A stretch of 64,000 nt of DNA from Flaccisagitta enflata (lineage: Eukaryota), in the NCBI GenBank assembly GCA_965153355.1, contig OZ231126.1:28892001-28956000 (forward strand), given 5' to 3'. The translations under genes were made by a program, and so were the position numbers. This document shows, in pieces, positions 52,556 through 63,017 of the stretch (its first letter is position 1; the number at the start of each line of letters is the position of its first letter). The notes under the pieces were generated by a model that worked only from the letters and a program-made list of their open reading frames with translations, was not told the DNA's origin and ran no database searches.

Positions 52556-53888
52556 AAAAAATCTGAACAGTATCTGGGTCCGCGACGGAAGGGGGTTAAA
52601 GATCACCAATTCCGTAAGATCACTATGACCAAAAGATCGCTAACCCTGTAAGTTTGCCAAAACTATAAGTCTTTACATTTAGAGCCGCCATACAAAGTTT
52701 CATGCAAATCCGTTGAAAAATGACAAAGTTATGCACGTTTTTCACTCCTAGGCTAGTAGGGTTGTTGGGTGGTAGGCTGGTTTAGATAAATAGTGTGCGT
52801 ATGTTGAGTTCTTCCATTTAGAGACTCCATACCAAGTTTCAACCAATTTGGTTGAAAAATGTCCAATTTATGTAAGTTTTTACTTTTAGGCCGGTAAGCT
52901 GGTTGGGTGGTAAGTTGGTTTGGCCGGTTAGCATGCTCAAACATAAATAAATCACATACATGTGTTGAGTTCTTCCATTTAGAGATTCCATACAAATTTC
53001 AACAAATTGGTTGAAAAACGCAAAGATATGCACATTTATCACTTTTTCGTTGGTAGGCTGGTTGGGTGGTAGGCTGGTTTGACAGGATAAATAGTGGGCA
53101 TATGTTGAGTTCTTCCATTTAGAGACCCCATACCAAGTTTCAACCAAATTAGTTGAAAAACAACAAAGTTAAGCAAGTTTTTCACTTTTAGGCCGGTTGG
53201 CTGGTTGGGTGGTAGGTCGGTTTGGCCGGTTAGCATGCTCAAATGCATATAAATCACATACACATGTTGAGTATTCCATTTAGAGACTCCATACCAAATT
53301 TCAACCAAATCGGTTGAAAAATGCCAAAGTTATGCATGTTTTTCACTTTTAGGCCAGTAGGCTGGTTGGGTGGTAGGCTGGTTTGACAGGATAAATAGTG
53401 CGCATATGTTGAGTTCTTCCATTTAGAGACCCCATACCAAGTTTCAACCAAATTAGTAGAAAAATGCCAAAGTTATGCAAGTTTTTCACTTTTAGGCCGT
53501 TGGCTGGTTGGTGGTAGTCAGGTTTGGCAGTTAGCATGCTCAAATGCATATAATCATATACATATGTTGAGTCCTTCCATTTAGAGACTCCATACCAAAT
53601 TTCAGCCAAATTGGTTGAAAAATGCTAAAGTTATGCACATTTTTCTCTTTCAGGAGGCTGGTTGGGCCGGTTGGGTTGGTCGGATCACAAAAATCGGATA
53701 GGATGTAAAGCGCCTTAACCTAGTACAACTTCCCACCAAATATGAACCAAATCGGTCAAAGCATAAAAAAGTTATCCATTTTTTAAAATCCGTGACGACG
53801 ACAACGACGACAACGACAACAACGACGACACCCACCCGCCTTGAATTATAGTCCGCGTCGGAATGATATTCCGTCGCGGACAAAAAAA
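52556..53888. mobile_element. HINE-like family E element with alternating internal tandem units
   Basis: AAAAATCTGAACAGTATCTGGGTCCGCGACGG at the left; hairpin GTCCGCGTCGGAATGATATTCCGTCGCGGAC-AAAAAA at the right. Confidence 0.8.
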
Positions 53889-54845
53889 TTCATAAACCTT
53901 TACTACCCTCTACCTATGTAAACCACCTAAGTCTCAGCAAAATATTACTACAAAAGTAATAGGCAAAGGGTAGTAAAAGTTAATGAATTTTTCTGCAAGT
54001 TGGTACACAAGCTCCCATTGACATAAAAATAACACTGGTAAAGTTTCATGAACTTCTGAGGTCTGGTTCAAAAGATATGAGAAGGTTTTAAACGCCAACA
54101 ACGACGACGACGACAGACTACACGATCAGGTCCATCACATAGTCACCGACGAAAACTGTTCGTCGGGGACAAAAAAAACATGGGCGTTGGTACATACTGT
54201 CACGGCAATTACAAAAAATCGTTTTGAAAGGAAGTTATGAGCGATGTTAATGTAAAACGGGTGCGGGTCTGAGGTGAAATTAAATGAACACAAATTTGCT
54301 TCCTTCCATCTGTAAAATCGTTCTACCTCTCGGTGTTCAAAAATAGCTTTTGCAGGGCTAGCAATTCCATTTGCTATCGGAAAAAAAATTTTGACAATTA
54401 TATTTAAAACTGCGCTCAAGAAAAATTACGCTGTATAACGACGAGTATAAAATATCGATTTTTTTCAAAAGATGAAATAAATGAATACAATACATAGCTG
54501 CAAAAAGGCCAAGAACTAGAAAATAACGAAAGGATTATACATCATTCGGCCATCACCCAACAAGCCACCATAATTTTTTTTTTTTTGCTTCTTCCCAGAT
54601 AATATAGGCGAGAAAGGCGGTGCCATAATTAGTTAGCAACATATAGGTACGCAATTACTTTCAACTTCAACGGGAAGGCCTGTGAGTCGCATTTGATTGC
54701 CAAGAGCAATTCCATCCCGTCCACCTTGGTTTCGCAAAATAAAGCATGTAGCACCGGCGATTCGCAACCATTAGCGAATATCCTTTTCCTCTAGAGGATG
54801 AAGATCCCACCGATGGTCTCCTTCGTATTTTTTCCACCTGTCTTC

Positions 54846-56093
54846 TTAGTTCCAGATTTTGAGTAGCGAGTCCCACGATCCGGTGGCGACGGCCATGCCA
54901 TCCTCCGTGACGCCGATGCAACTGACGCGATTCTCGTGTCCCGGCAGCACGCCGACGCGTTCTTCTTTGAGTGTGTCCCACGCGAGGCCGTTGTAGTCGT
55001 CGTAACCGGCGAAGAGGAGGCGACCGGATCGGGAAAAGGCGGTGGAAGTGACGCCGCTTCTCTGGCTGTCGTGGGCGTAGACGGCGATGCCTTGATCGGC
55101 GCGAATGTCGAACAGCCGGCAGGTGAAGTCGTCGCTGCCGGTAGCGAAGGCGTGGCCGGAGGGAAAGGCGGAAATGGCGTTGATGTCGGAATCGTGGCCT
55201 TCGAAGGTTTGGCAGCAGTTACCGTCACGAATGTCCCACAATTTGGCGGTGGCGTCGCAAGCGCCGGAAACGAAAGCTTTCCGGTCGGGCAAGATGACAA
55301 GACCCATGACATCTCCGGAGTGTCCGGCGAATTTCGTCACCGGTTGTCCCGTTTCGATATCCCACAGCGCGCACGTCATGTCACCGGAAGTGGTGATGAT
55401 CTGGGCGTCGGAAAGGAACCGGCAACAGGACAAATATCCGGCGTGACCGGACAACTCGCGGCTCACGCGCACGTTGCCCTCGCGCGTTTTTAGCGAGTAG
55501 ATGGAGCAAATGTTGTCGAGACCGCCGCAGGCGACGTAATAACCAGAGGGAGCGTAGGCGCAAGTCATCACCCAGGAGGATCTGAATATGCAAGGAACGG
55601 AGATATACAGCGGTTGGTGAGAGGAGAAAAGTCACGCATCCATAGTCCAAAGTCGAAAGACGAAGGAATATTAATGACGCAAAAGTTCTATGCGATATCG
55701 GATTTCTAAACGTATCTTTAATTCCTCCCTTTTTGACAATAGCAGAAAAAAAGAAAATTGCAACAAAAGACGAGTTGTTGCACCATTATGCGACAACCCT
55801 TACCTCAGCGGTATGGCGTGAATCTTATTGGTAGTGTAGGAATCCCAGACTAGTAACTTGCCATCCTGCGACGCGGACACCAGATTTCTCGAGTCGGCCG
55901 CCCAATGCATGGCGTAGATTTTGGCCAAGTGACCTCGGAGAGTCCTTCGCGGTCGGAAGGTGAGTCGTCCGAGCGGCTCGAGACGTTCGGCGACGTCTGT
56001 AATGGTCGCGTCGGCGGCCTTATCCCGCGACAAACGGATTTGATTCTTCAAGGCCTCCGCCTCTTGGCGAAGCTTGTCCAACTCGGACGCCAT
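54846..56093 (-). CDS. GNB1: Heterotrimeric G-protein beta subunit (GNB1-4 class), 341 aa, two exons 56093-55804 and 55581-54846
   Basis: [13 protein letters not shown]...[16 protein letters not shown]...[18 protein letters not shown]...[16 protein letters not shown] intron 55803-55582 in phase 2. Total CDS 1026 nt with WD40 repeats. The symbol indicates the family, not strict orthology. Confidence 0.95.
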
Positions 56094-56394
56094 TGTCGTT
56101 ACCGAACAATTTTTTTTTCACTTTTCAAGTTACTTTTCAAGTCACTAGAACAGAAATTGTTTGTTAGAAATTATTGTTTAAGTAATCAAGCATGAAGCAC
56201 ATTCGATCTTTGATTCACTCATATCATTCATTAAGGAATGAGACGGAGACTCGAAACTTTCAATAAGAGTACTTTGTCCCTAACGAGTACAAGAATAAGA
56301 ATTAAGAAGGGACGGAAAAAGAAGCCTAGAAGAGTAATGAAAACAAGATGAAAATACAAAAGTTTGATTCTGGGATGAACCCTTAGTTTTGGTG

Positions 56395-56859
56395 TCACTT
56401 AGCGACGACGCTCGGGGCTCCAGAACGATGGAAATGAACGCACAGCCAATTGCCATCTCTCTTTTGCCAAACGCGCGTTTCTTCCGAATTATTTGTTTGC
56501 GGGCAGCCGGTCTTATCGATGAATTGAACGAGTCTGACGTAAGCGATGCAGGCGGCATCATCACCCAGCAGATGCACGTAGGGATTCACGAGGGTGGTGT
56601 TCTTCAGCCTACTGCTGTCGTGTAATCCCGAGACGAAGTAGAACTTGTGGAACTCCATTCCCTCGACCAGGTTGCCCACGGCTTCCGGCTCGAAGCAGGT
56701 CAAGTTTGGGGTGGTCATTTTCGTGTAGGTTTCGTAGTCGCCGCTCGCAATCACTTTGAGCAGCGTCTCCGTCACTTGAACGACTTCTCGCTTTCTACCC
56801 TGGATGTAATTTTCCAACTGTGTGTATCTGTTGTTGTTCGCATCTTCGACGGTTCCATC
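56395..56859 (-). CDS. CaMKII association (hub) domain, intronless, no kinase domain in the window
   Basis: RKREVVQVTETLLKVIASGDYETYTKM..PNLTCFEPEAVGNLVEGMEFHKFYF...NPYVHLLGDDAACIAYVRL.QFIDK.G.P.T..SEETRVWQKRDGNWLCVHFHRSGAPS is colinear with the animal CaMKII hub. Acceptor ttttccaaag| at 56859, TGA stop. The frame is also open up to an ATG at 56931. Confidence 0.9.
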   Translation of the reverse strand, partial: DGTVEDANNNRYTQLENYIQGRKREVVQVTETLLKVIASGDYETYTKMTTPNLTCFEPEAVGNLVEGMEFHKFYFVSGLHDSSRLKNTTLVNPYVHLLGDDAACIAYVRLVQFIDKTGCPQTNNSEETRVWQKRDGNWLCVHFHRSGAPSVVAK

Positions 56860-57109
56860 CTTTGGAAAAGTGAACGTGTATGCAGGGACGTGGAGAAAAT
56901 TGGTTCCCTTGTCCGAAAAGCTTAGTTTCATTGATTTATATTTCACATACTTTTAGAACGTTATTTAAATAAAAGACCCAGATTAAATAATTCAGAAGAT
57001 TAAGGACCTAGATAAAACTTCTTTAACAGCATATCTTTTGATCTATGAATCTTTAAAAAAAAAGAACCCGGTATTTCCTTTTATTTATTTATTTTTTTTA
57101 AAAGACCAC

Positions 57110-57323
57110 CTTCCGGGCCCATTGCTTGAAGCGATGGTGCCCCTTCTCCCTCGCCACGTCCCTGAGTGAGAGTCGACTGCAGGCGAGCATGGAAATATGT
57201 TGCTTCTTTCTTGAGCCCCGCGGCAGGGAGTTTCTCCAAATTACCGCTAATGGCAAATGAGAGGTTCCTTCGAGCCACTGGTCGCGCCGCATTGGGTAAG
57301 CGACGCAAAAATGTTAGCATCAT
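57110..57323 (-). CDS. Putative first exon encoding a mitochondrial-presequence-like peptide upstream of the CaMKII hub
   Basis: MMLTFLRRLPNAARPVARRNLSFAISG: rich in Arg/Ala/Leu with no acidic residue in the first 29 aa, and RRNLS and ARLQST cleavage-like motifs. Donor GAA G|gtggtc. The exact join to the hub exon is ambiguous in phase. Confidence 0.45.
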
Positions 57324-58102
57324 CTTTAAATTCTTGACAATAGTTCGCCCCTAAATAAGATTGTATAACAGGTTATGCGGAATATTTTGAAAGAAAGGCT
57401 AGGATGAATCAATGCGATAACGATTGTAACCAATTCTGTCAGTGCCGTAAGAGGACTTCAAAAAACGCGAAAGGCACATAGTTTAGTTTTCAGTCGGTCG
57501 GTCCGTTACGCATGTTGGATCATCTTCATTTATTTTATTTTGGAACATCCGAGAAGTAGGAAAACAGCCATTCAAATTTCTGTCTATGTATTCCCGAAAG
57601 TGCCGACGCGCGCAAAGTTGGTCCTATGACCTTGTTAAGATTTGTTTTAATGAGGTATCAAAGAATAAAATGCGATATCTCTGTCAAGATATCGCTGACG
57701 AATTGTTTTTCTAGATGTTTTTTCTTGAATCAATCGAATCTGCTTCCTTCTTTCTCGAGACGAGTGATCGCTATTAGATAGAGAAGAGAGACTTGCCAAG
57801 TGGATAAGCAGGAGAGCCATTGTCGAGGACGGCGTATGCCAGTTTTGAGTCGTGTGCTCGCAAAGTCGGTTGGTGCGTCTGTCTGTCGGTCTCTAACACT
57901 GCTTTTTTGACTTGTGGACCACTGCAGTGAATCGCTTCTTGATCAAAGAGTAAGCTTTGAGGCATTTCCAACAGTGCATCTAGCGTCTATGAAGCACATC
58001 ACCATGCCGGAACGTTTTCAAGCGTCTGTCAGCTTCTTTTGGACCTTGCTCAGCGAGTGAGAGATTGACATTAACTATGTACCGCTTTCAACATTGATCC
58101 AG

Positions 58103-58284
58103 AAAATCAAATCGCCATGGAAGAGACTTTTCTGCACGGCTTTCCCGATGGCCGAAGTGGGACGGGGTGGCCAGCGCATCATGACCATAAGGTTGGACAC
58201 GTACCCGGACAAACAATCGTTCTCCCGGTCAGCGACGTGTCAGAGCTACGGTCTTATCGCCGGACAAATCGTCCGCATCGTCAG
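58103..58284 (+). CDS. Dok/IRS-like protein, PH-domain exon
   Basis: atccag|AAA ATC...GTC AG|gtggga. KIKSPWKRLFCTAFPMAEVGRGGQRIMTIRLDTYPDKQSFSRSATCQSYGLIAGQIVRIVR, phase 0-2. Confidence 0.75.
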
Positions 58285-59324
58285 GTGGGAAGATTGGGAG
58301 AAGAGAGGGAAAAGAGAGAAAGACAGAAAGAAAGTCGAAGAGAAAGAAAGTCGAAGAGAAAGAAAGAAAGAAAGAAAGAAAGAAAAAAAGAAAGAAAGAA
58401 AGAAAGAGAGAAAGAAAGAGTCGAAGAGAAAGAACCAAAAAGAAAGAGAGATAAAGAAAATCGGGGGATGGATAAACACTGAAAGTGCAGTGAACCCATC
58501 TAAACGAAAACACAATTCGGGCAAAGAATGATGAGCTGAATGGTGATGAATAAAATACACTACAGTGTACGTCAATACACTACACTGTACGTCCGCAATC
58601 ATACTTCCACAACGTGTTATGCCCAGGGCAGAATAAGTATAATCAGAGAATGTTAGTCTATGACAAAGGTAGAGAATGTTAGTCTATGACAAAGGTGGAG
58701 AATGACATAACCGTGGTAGCACGAATTGTAAATGAAGATTTTTAAGTTTGGATCGAAAATGAATAATCTAAACAAGTCGGGACGCTAGGAAAAAAATAAT
58801 ATGAAGGAAGCTTTAGAAAAAAAAACTTAACAGTTATATCGATTCTATAGTTTTAAAGAGTTACAAATTAAAAAGGATCGAATAAAAAAGAATTGTTTTT
58901 TTTTATTACAGTTCGAGTGTAGTTGAGCAAAATTTAGAGAGAGTTGAAAAGTCGATTACTGACCGAACTGAATTCTCTGGGGAAGAAGAAGAAGAACGAG
59001 AGCAAAATTGAGCCGAGAGGGGAAGAAAGAAAGAAAAAGATCCTCGATTTTGAGCAGCTTTTCATACACACAACCCGCGAAGAACAAGGAAAGAAAACTA
59101 AAATTTAAACGAGGGAGCTTTCGAGTTTCGAGGGGAGGGATATGAGACGAATTGTGAGGGAACACTTCATCCATAGATATCTTAGCAAGTGGGGGGGAAA
59201 GGAGGTGAAGGAACGGAGGCGGTGGTGTTTTTCGTCGCCTGCTAAGCGACTGGGGAGGCTGTGTCTGTAGGTAGGAAGGAAGGAAGGAAGGAAGGAAGGA
59301 AGGAAGGTCCGTTTAAAGGTGGGT

Positions 59325-59769
59325 TGCACGCCGTATTTTTTATGAGAACACAGTTTTTTGAAGTGAGACTCAGCGTTCTTATTTTTTGCCAATTTTCAGC
59401 CTCAAACGTTCTTAACCTAATCTTATTTTTGTAGCATGGAAGTTTTTTATCCTAGTTGCTTAGTGCTAACTAGTCATATTCAATGAAATAAGTATATTTT
59501 ATTCTCAGTCTTACAATTTTTGTTTATGTCAATTCATGAAATTAAAAAAAAAAATGTAAATGATAAAAGTAATTGGTTGAATTGTTTAGGTTAGAGGATT
59601 CTGTACAACATTTTCTCATTGTTTCCTCAAAAATTTATGTAAAAGCGTATCTAAGAATGTCTTTGTGCGAAAATCTGAGCCCGTTCATGTTCTTAAGATG
59701 TTTTTATTTTTTCACCATATTTGAGGCTGATGTTCTTTTAAACCTTTCTTAGACAAAATACAGCGTGTA
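59325..59769. mobile_element. MITE, uninterrupted inverted copy of the 2721-4010 family
   Basis: CACGCCGTATTTTTTATGAGAACAC...CTTAGACAAAATACAGCGTG-TA; internal sequence colinear with the reverse complement of 2721-2876 plus 3734-4010. Confidence 0.85.
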
Positions 59770-60469
59770 CGCGAAAAGTAGGATGATGTGAAAATGACTG
59801 AAAAAGTGATTGTTGAGCATTTCCACCGCTCCCCAGCCATGTTACAGCCCGTCCCACCCTGCCCCCACAATGCTGCTCCCGCTCACCCTACCCCCACATT
59901 GCTGCCCCTGCCCACCCGCAACCGAATACTTTTTGGCCCTGTATCCGGCCTTGTCTGGTCATGCTCAAAACCGTATCCCGTTCATCATTTTTTGCAGCGA
60001 CATTGAGAGGGCATGTCGGTTTATCGGTATTACGATCTTAAAGAGAACGTAAATTCGGCATAGCTGCACCTGTCCATTCGTGCGGTACTGCATTCGCCGC
60101 GTTCGTCGCGTTACGGGCATTACTGCTATTTAACTACCAGTACAAAACCAACTTTGTCTACTTCAAAACCGGTTGAACCCCTGATATCAATCAACAGATG
60201 CGTCCTCGTGTCACTATTGGAGAGTATGTCCGACTTGTCCGTCCATTGGTAGGGGAGGAATATGTCAAAAATGCAATTTACACTAGACGCATAAGTAATG
60301 TTTTTTCTTAAACCTTTTTGATACCTTTATTCAAAAACGACGCATCCACACATTCTTTTTCTCAGAAAAATATTCTGAAAATGAACCTTTACTCAAACGT
60401 TTTGACAACGTTCTCAACCCATAAGATTTTAGCCACACAACTGCATCATACTTTTCCATCCCATTGCAG

Positions 60470-60516
60470 ATGCTTTTCAACGACCCGGAGATTCGCTTTC
60501 TCCATCTTCAAAAAAG
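60470..60516 (+). CDS. Dok/IRS-like protein, PH-domain exon
   Basis: ttgcag|A TGC...AAA G|gtggga. (R)CFSTTRRFAFSIFKK, phase 2-1, consistent with both neighbours. Confidence 0.72.
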
Positions 60517-60640
60517 GTGGGATTTTCTTCAGGATAACCAGGTGTTCCTGACTACTTTAACACGGAATAAATCTACAATTTTTTCTACATGTTTGTTAAG
60601 CCAACCTGATCTTTTATATAAATACCTATCCCTTAACCAG

Positions 60641-60787
60641 CGGAAGAACGAGAGGGACAAGACACTTGCGCCTGTCCGGAAGTAGAGGCATACATACAAT
60701 TGGCTGGAGACAGCGAAAGCGCTTCCCAAGCGTGGATTCGCTTTTTCCGAGACTTCCTCTTTCCTACAACCAAGGTTTCGTTAGAAG
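60641..60787 (+). CDS. Dok/IRS-like protein, PH C-terminal helix exon
   Basis: aaccag|CG GAA...GAA G|gtattg. ...AYIQLAGDSESASQAWIRFFRDFLFPTTKVSLE carries the PH signature L.A.S......W. Confidence 0.8.
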
Positions 60788-60874
60788 GTATTGTCTACAT
60801 TAATGTCTTTACCCAGCAACAGCCGCTAAAACCTAAACTGCCAATTTCGACGTCTTTCTTCGTTCCTGTTACAT

Positions 60875-61300
60875 CTTTTTTTTTTTTTGCTTTCTTTTTT
60901 TTTTTTTTTGCTTTGTTTTCTTTTTTTCTTGTTTTCTTTTTTTCTTGCTTTCTTTTTTTTCCTTGCTCTCTTTTTTTTCCTTGCTTTCTTTCTTACATTC
61001 CTTTTTTCTTGCTTTCTTTCTTTTTCTTTCTTTTTTCTTTCTTTTTTTTGCTTTCTTTTTCTTGCTTTCTTTTTCTTGCTTTTTCTTGCTTTCTTTTTTT
61101 CTTGCTTTCTTTTTTTTCTTGCTTTCTTTTTTTTTTCTTGCTTTCTTTTTTTCTTGCTTTCTTTTTTCTTGCTTTCTTTTCTTTTCTTGCTTTCTTTTTT
61201 TTTCTTGCTTTCTTTTCTTTTCTTGCTTTCTTTTTTTTTCTTGCTTTCTTTTTTTTTCTTGCTTTTTTAACTTGCTCACTTTTTCTTTCTTTCTTTCTCC
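60875..61300. repeat. T-rich low-complexity repeat (TTTTCTTGCTTTC)
   Basis: Directly visible; intronic. Confidence 0.9.
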
Positions 61301-61472
61301 AACTTTTATCTCGTATTATTCCTTGTAACATTTAATTTCTTCTTTATTGGCGGTTGCCCATAACCTGTACTAGTGATTTCGTTACTACTGCCTTTTCATC
61401 ACTACTGACACTATCGTTAGTGCAAACAGTTTTCACTTCGGGCGCTGTTTTGGTTTTCTGCCACTAACTTAG

Positions 61473-61704
61473 GAACCTACGAACTGGCTGTCATTGACAA
61501 CATGGCTAGTCGTCATGCGAGTCTATCTGGGAATATCGCCCTGGACGCTCAGGCACATGGCATCTTTCTTCTGCACCAAGAAAATGCTCAAACGGCAAAA
61601 ATTTGGCCCATGAGCACGATAAAGAAAGTGGAAGTGGTTCCCACTGACATACCGCAAGACTCAGAAAAGATCCTCAGCATCGTCATCAAAGACCCGACAA
61701 AAGG
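61473..61704 (+). CDS. Dok/IRS-like protein, IRS-type PTB-like exon
   Basis: Branch-like ctaac then ttag|GA ACC...AAA GG|gtatgt. GTYELAVIDNMASRHASLSGNIALDAQAHGIFLLHQENAQTAKIWPMSTIKKV resembles the Dok/IRS PTB pattern L.G...L.....I.L.......WP...I. Confidence 0.75.
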
Positions 61705-61823
61705 GTATGTCACAATCCAATGAGCAAAACTCATAGCTTGTAAAATAGTTTTCGACAATCAAATAAGGACTGACCCTAAAGAGCATGGATGCATTTTAAA
61801 ATTTCCTCTTTTCACCTTGTCAG

Positions 61824-62866
61824 GGGCGAGGAGCAAGAATTCTGCTTCTTCTCGCAAAAGCCTTTGAACGAGCTGGGCAAAAAATTGACGACCATGCATC
61901 TGTCTCATCAAAACGCCGCGCCATCTCCACTGCCGGTTGCCTCGAGACTGAAGCGTGGGGACAAATCAAAATCCATGGCTGACATCCACCTACAACGCCA
62001 GATAACGTCTTTGTCACTTAAATCCGACGACAGCGACTCATTGCATGAATGCAAAGAAGCGTTTGATGAGTCGAGTGAAGAAATTCCGCCAAATTTGGTC
62101 GCGGACTACCAGCAAGGGGAAGGCCTGAAAGTATTGAGCAAAACGCGGATTGACAATAGATCCTGCCCGATCAAAAATCGACCATTGCCGAGAACTCCCG
62201 TGGTAAGAAGGGAATTTGGCTCTAGAGACGACACCTATTACGCTTACAGAGCCAAAATGGAACGAGAAACGAGCGTCCCCAGTCCACTGGCGAAGCAACC
62301 AAGCAGGGACAGTGGCAGAGACAGCACCGGAAGAGACAGCAGCACTTTCGGAGACGACAACCCCTTCCATTCTACGCAATCCAACGAGACTGGAATACCT
62401 TCTTCCTCGACAGGCAGTGACGCTAAGACTAGAAGAGGAGACAGTGGTGCCATGTCGGATGAGCCAGAGGACGTGCGGTTCTTTACCGAACCGGAGGAAA
62501 CTTTTGAGGACCCTTACACAACTATGAACTCCGATGAAGGTGGAGACCCAGGAGTATTACATAATCCACAGGATCACCTCCCCGGACATGTTCTTTTCAG
62601 CGAAGAGTCCACTTACAGCGGGGAGACCATAATAGCTTCTCGTGGCTCCATCGATAACACTTACTTGGCAGAGGACGGCGAAGTGTACAATAAACTGAAG
62701 GATGACGGAAAACCCGGCAAGAAAAACTTGGAGGAATTTCTTGGAATGTATGACTGGCAGAGACCTTCAGTGCCCCCGAAAAATAGGGCCGAGTCGATTA
62801 TCGCCGATTTGCCGACACCTGGAAAAGCAGACCCGGTGGTGAAACAAGATCCGTCAATAACGTATG
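61824..62866 (+). CDS. Dok/IRS-like protein, end of PTB plus long low-complexity Tyr/Pro-motif tail
   Basis: gtcag|G GGC in phase 2, long open frame with RPLPRTP, YTTM, VYNKL and RPSVPPK. Probable donor TAT G|gtagga at 62866 just before a MITE. If unspliced, the stop is at 62898. Confidence 0.78.
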
Positions 62867-63017
62867 GTAGGATCACGAGTTACCATTGTTACAGTTGAAC
62901 CTCGCTCTAATGGACCCGCCAACAACAGAATTCCGCCTATAACAGATGCGACTTCATATTCCCTTGAAGTTATTTTTGTTTTCATTTCCTTTGTTGGCAA
63001 TAACAAAAGTCCATCTA

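Larger units (their letters stand above)
51249..54178. mobile_element. HINE-like family D element with internal minisatellite and a nested family E element
   Basis: Left palindrome AAAGCTTCAAAATTA-CAGTCCCCGACTGGGGAC-TAATTTTTGAAGCTTT; right hairpin GTCACCGACGAA...TTCGTCGGGGAC-AAAAA. CTACACGATCA motif shared with 17437-18358. Confidence 0.7.

Noticed and set aside
52753-53609. Repeated ORFs MVETWYGVSKWK... (also 63086-63912)
   Set aside because: Translations of the family E internal tandem units, with frequent stops and no transposase motifs.
54791-55493. Overlapping 173-185 aa ORFs on both strands
   Set aside because: Alternative-frame or antisense shadows of the GC-rich G-beta CDS.
57404-58056. 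Alternative short plus-strand exons (MNQCDND..., REERLAKWISRRAIVEDG, ASSVYEAHHH...) as the start of the PH protein
   Set aside because: They do not all chain in phase and give a poorer PH beta-1 than 50751-50840. They cannot be excluded as minor alternative exons.
60700-61335. Phe/Leu-rich membrane-like and Lys-rich ORFs
   Set aside because: Apart from the real exon ending at 60787, these translate a T-rich intronic repeat.
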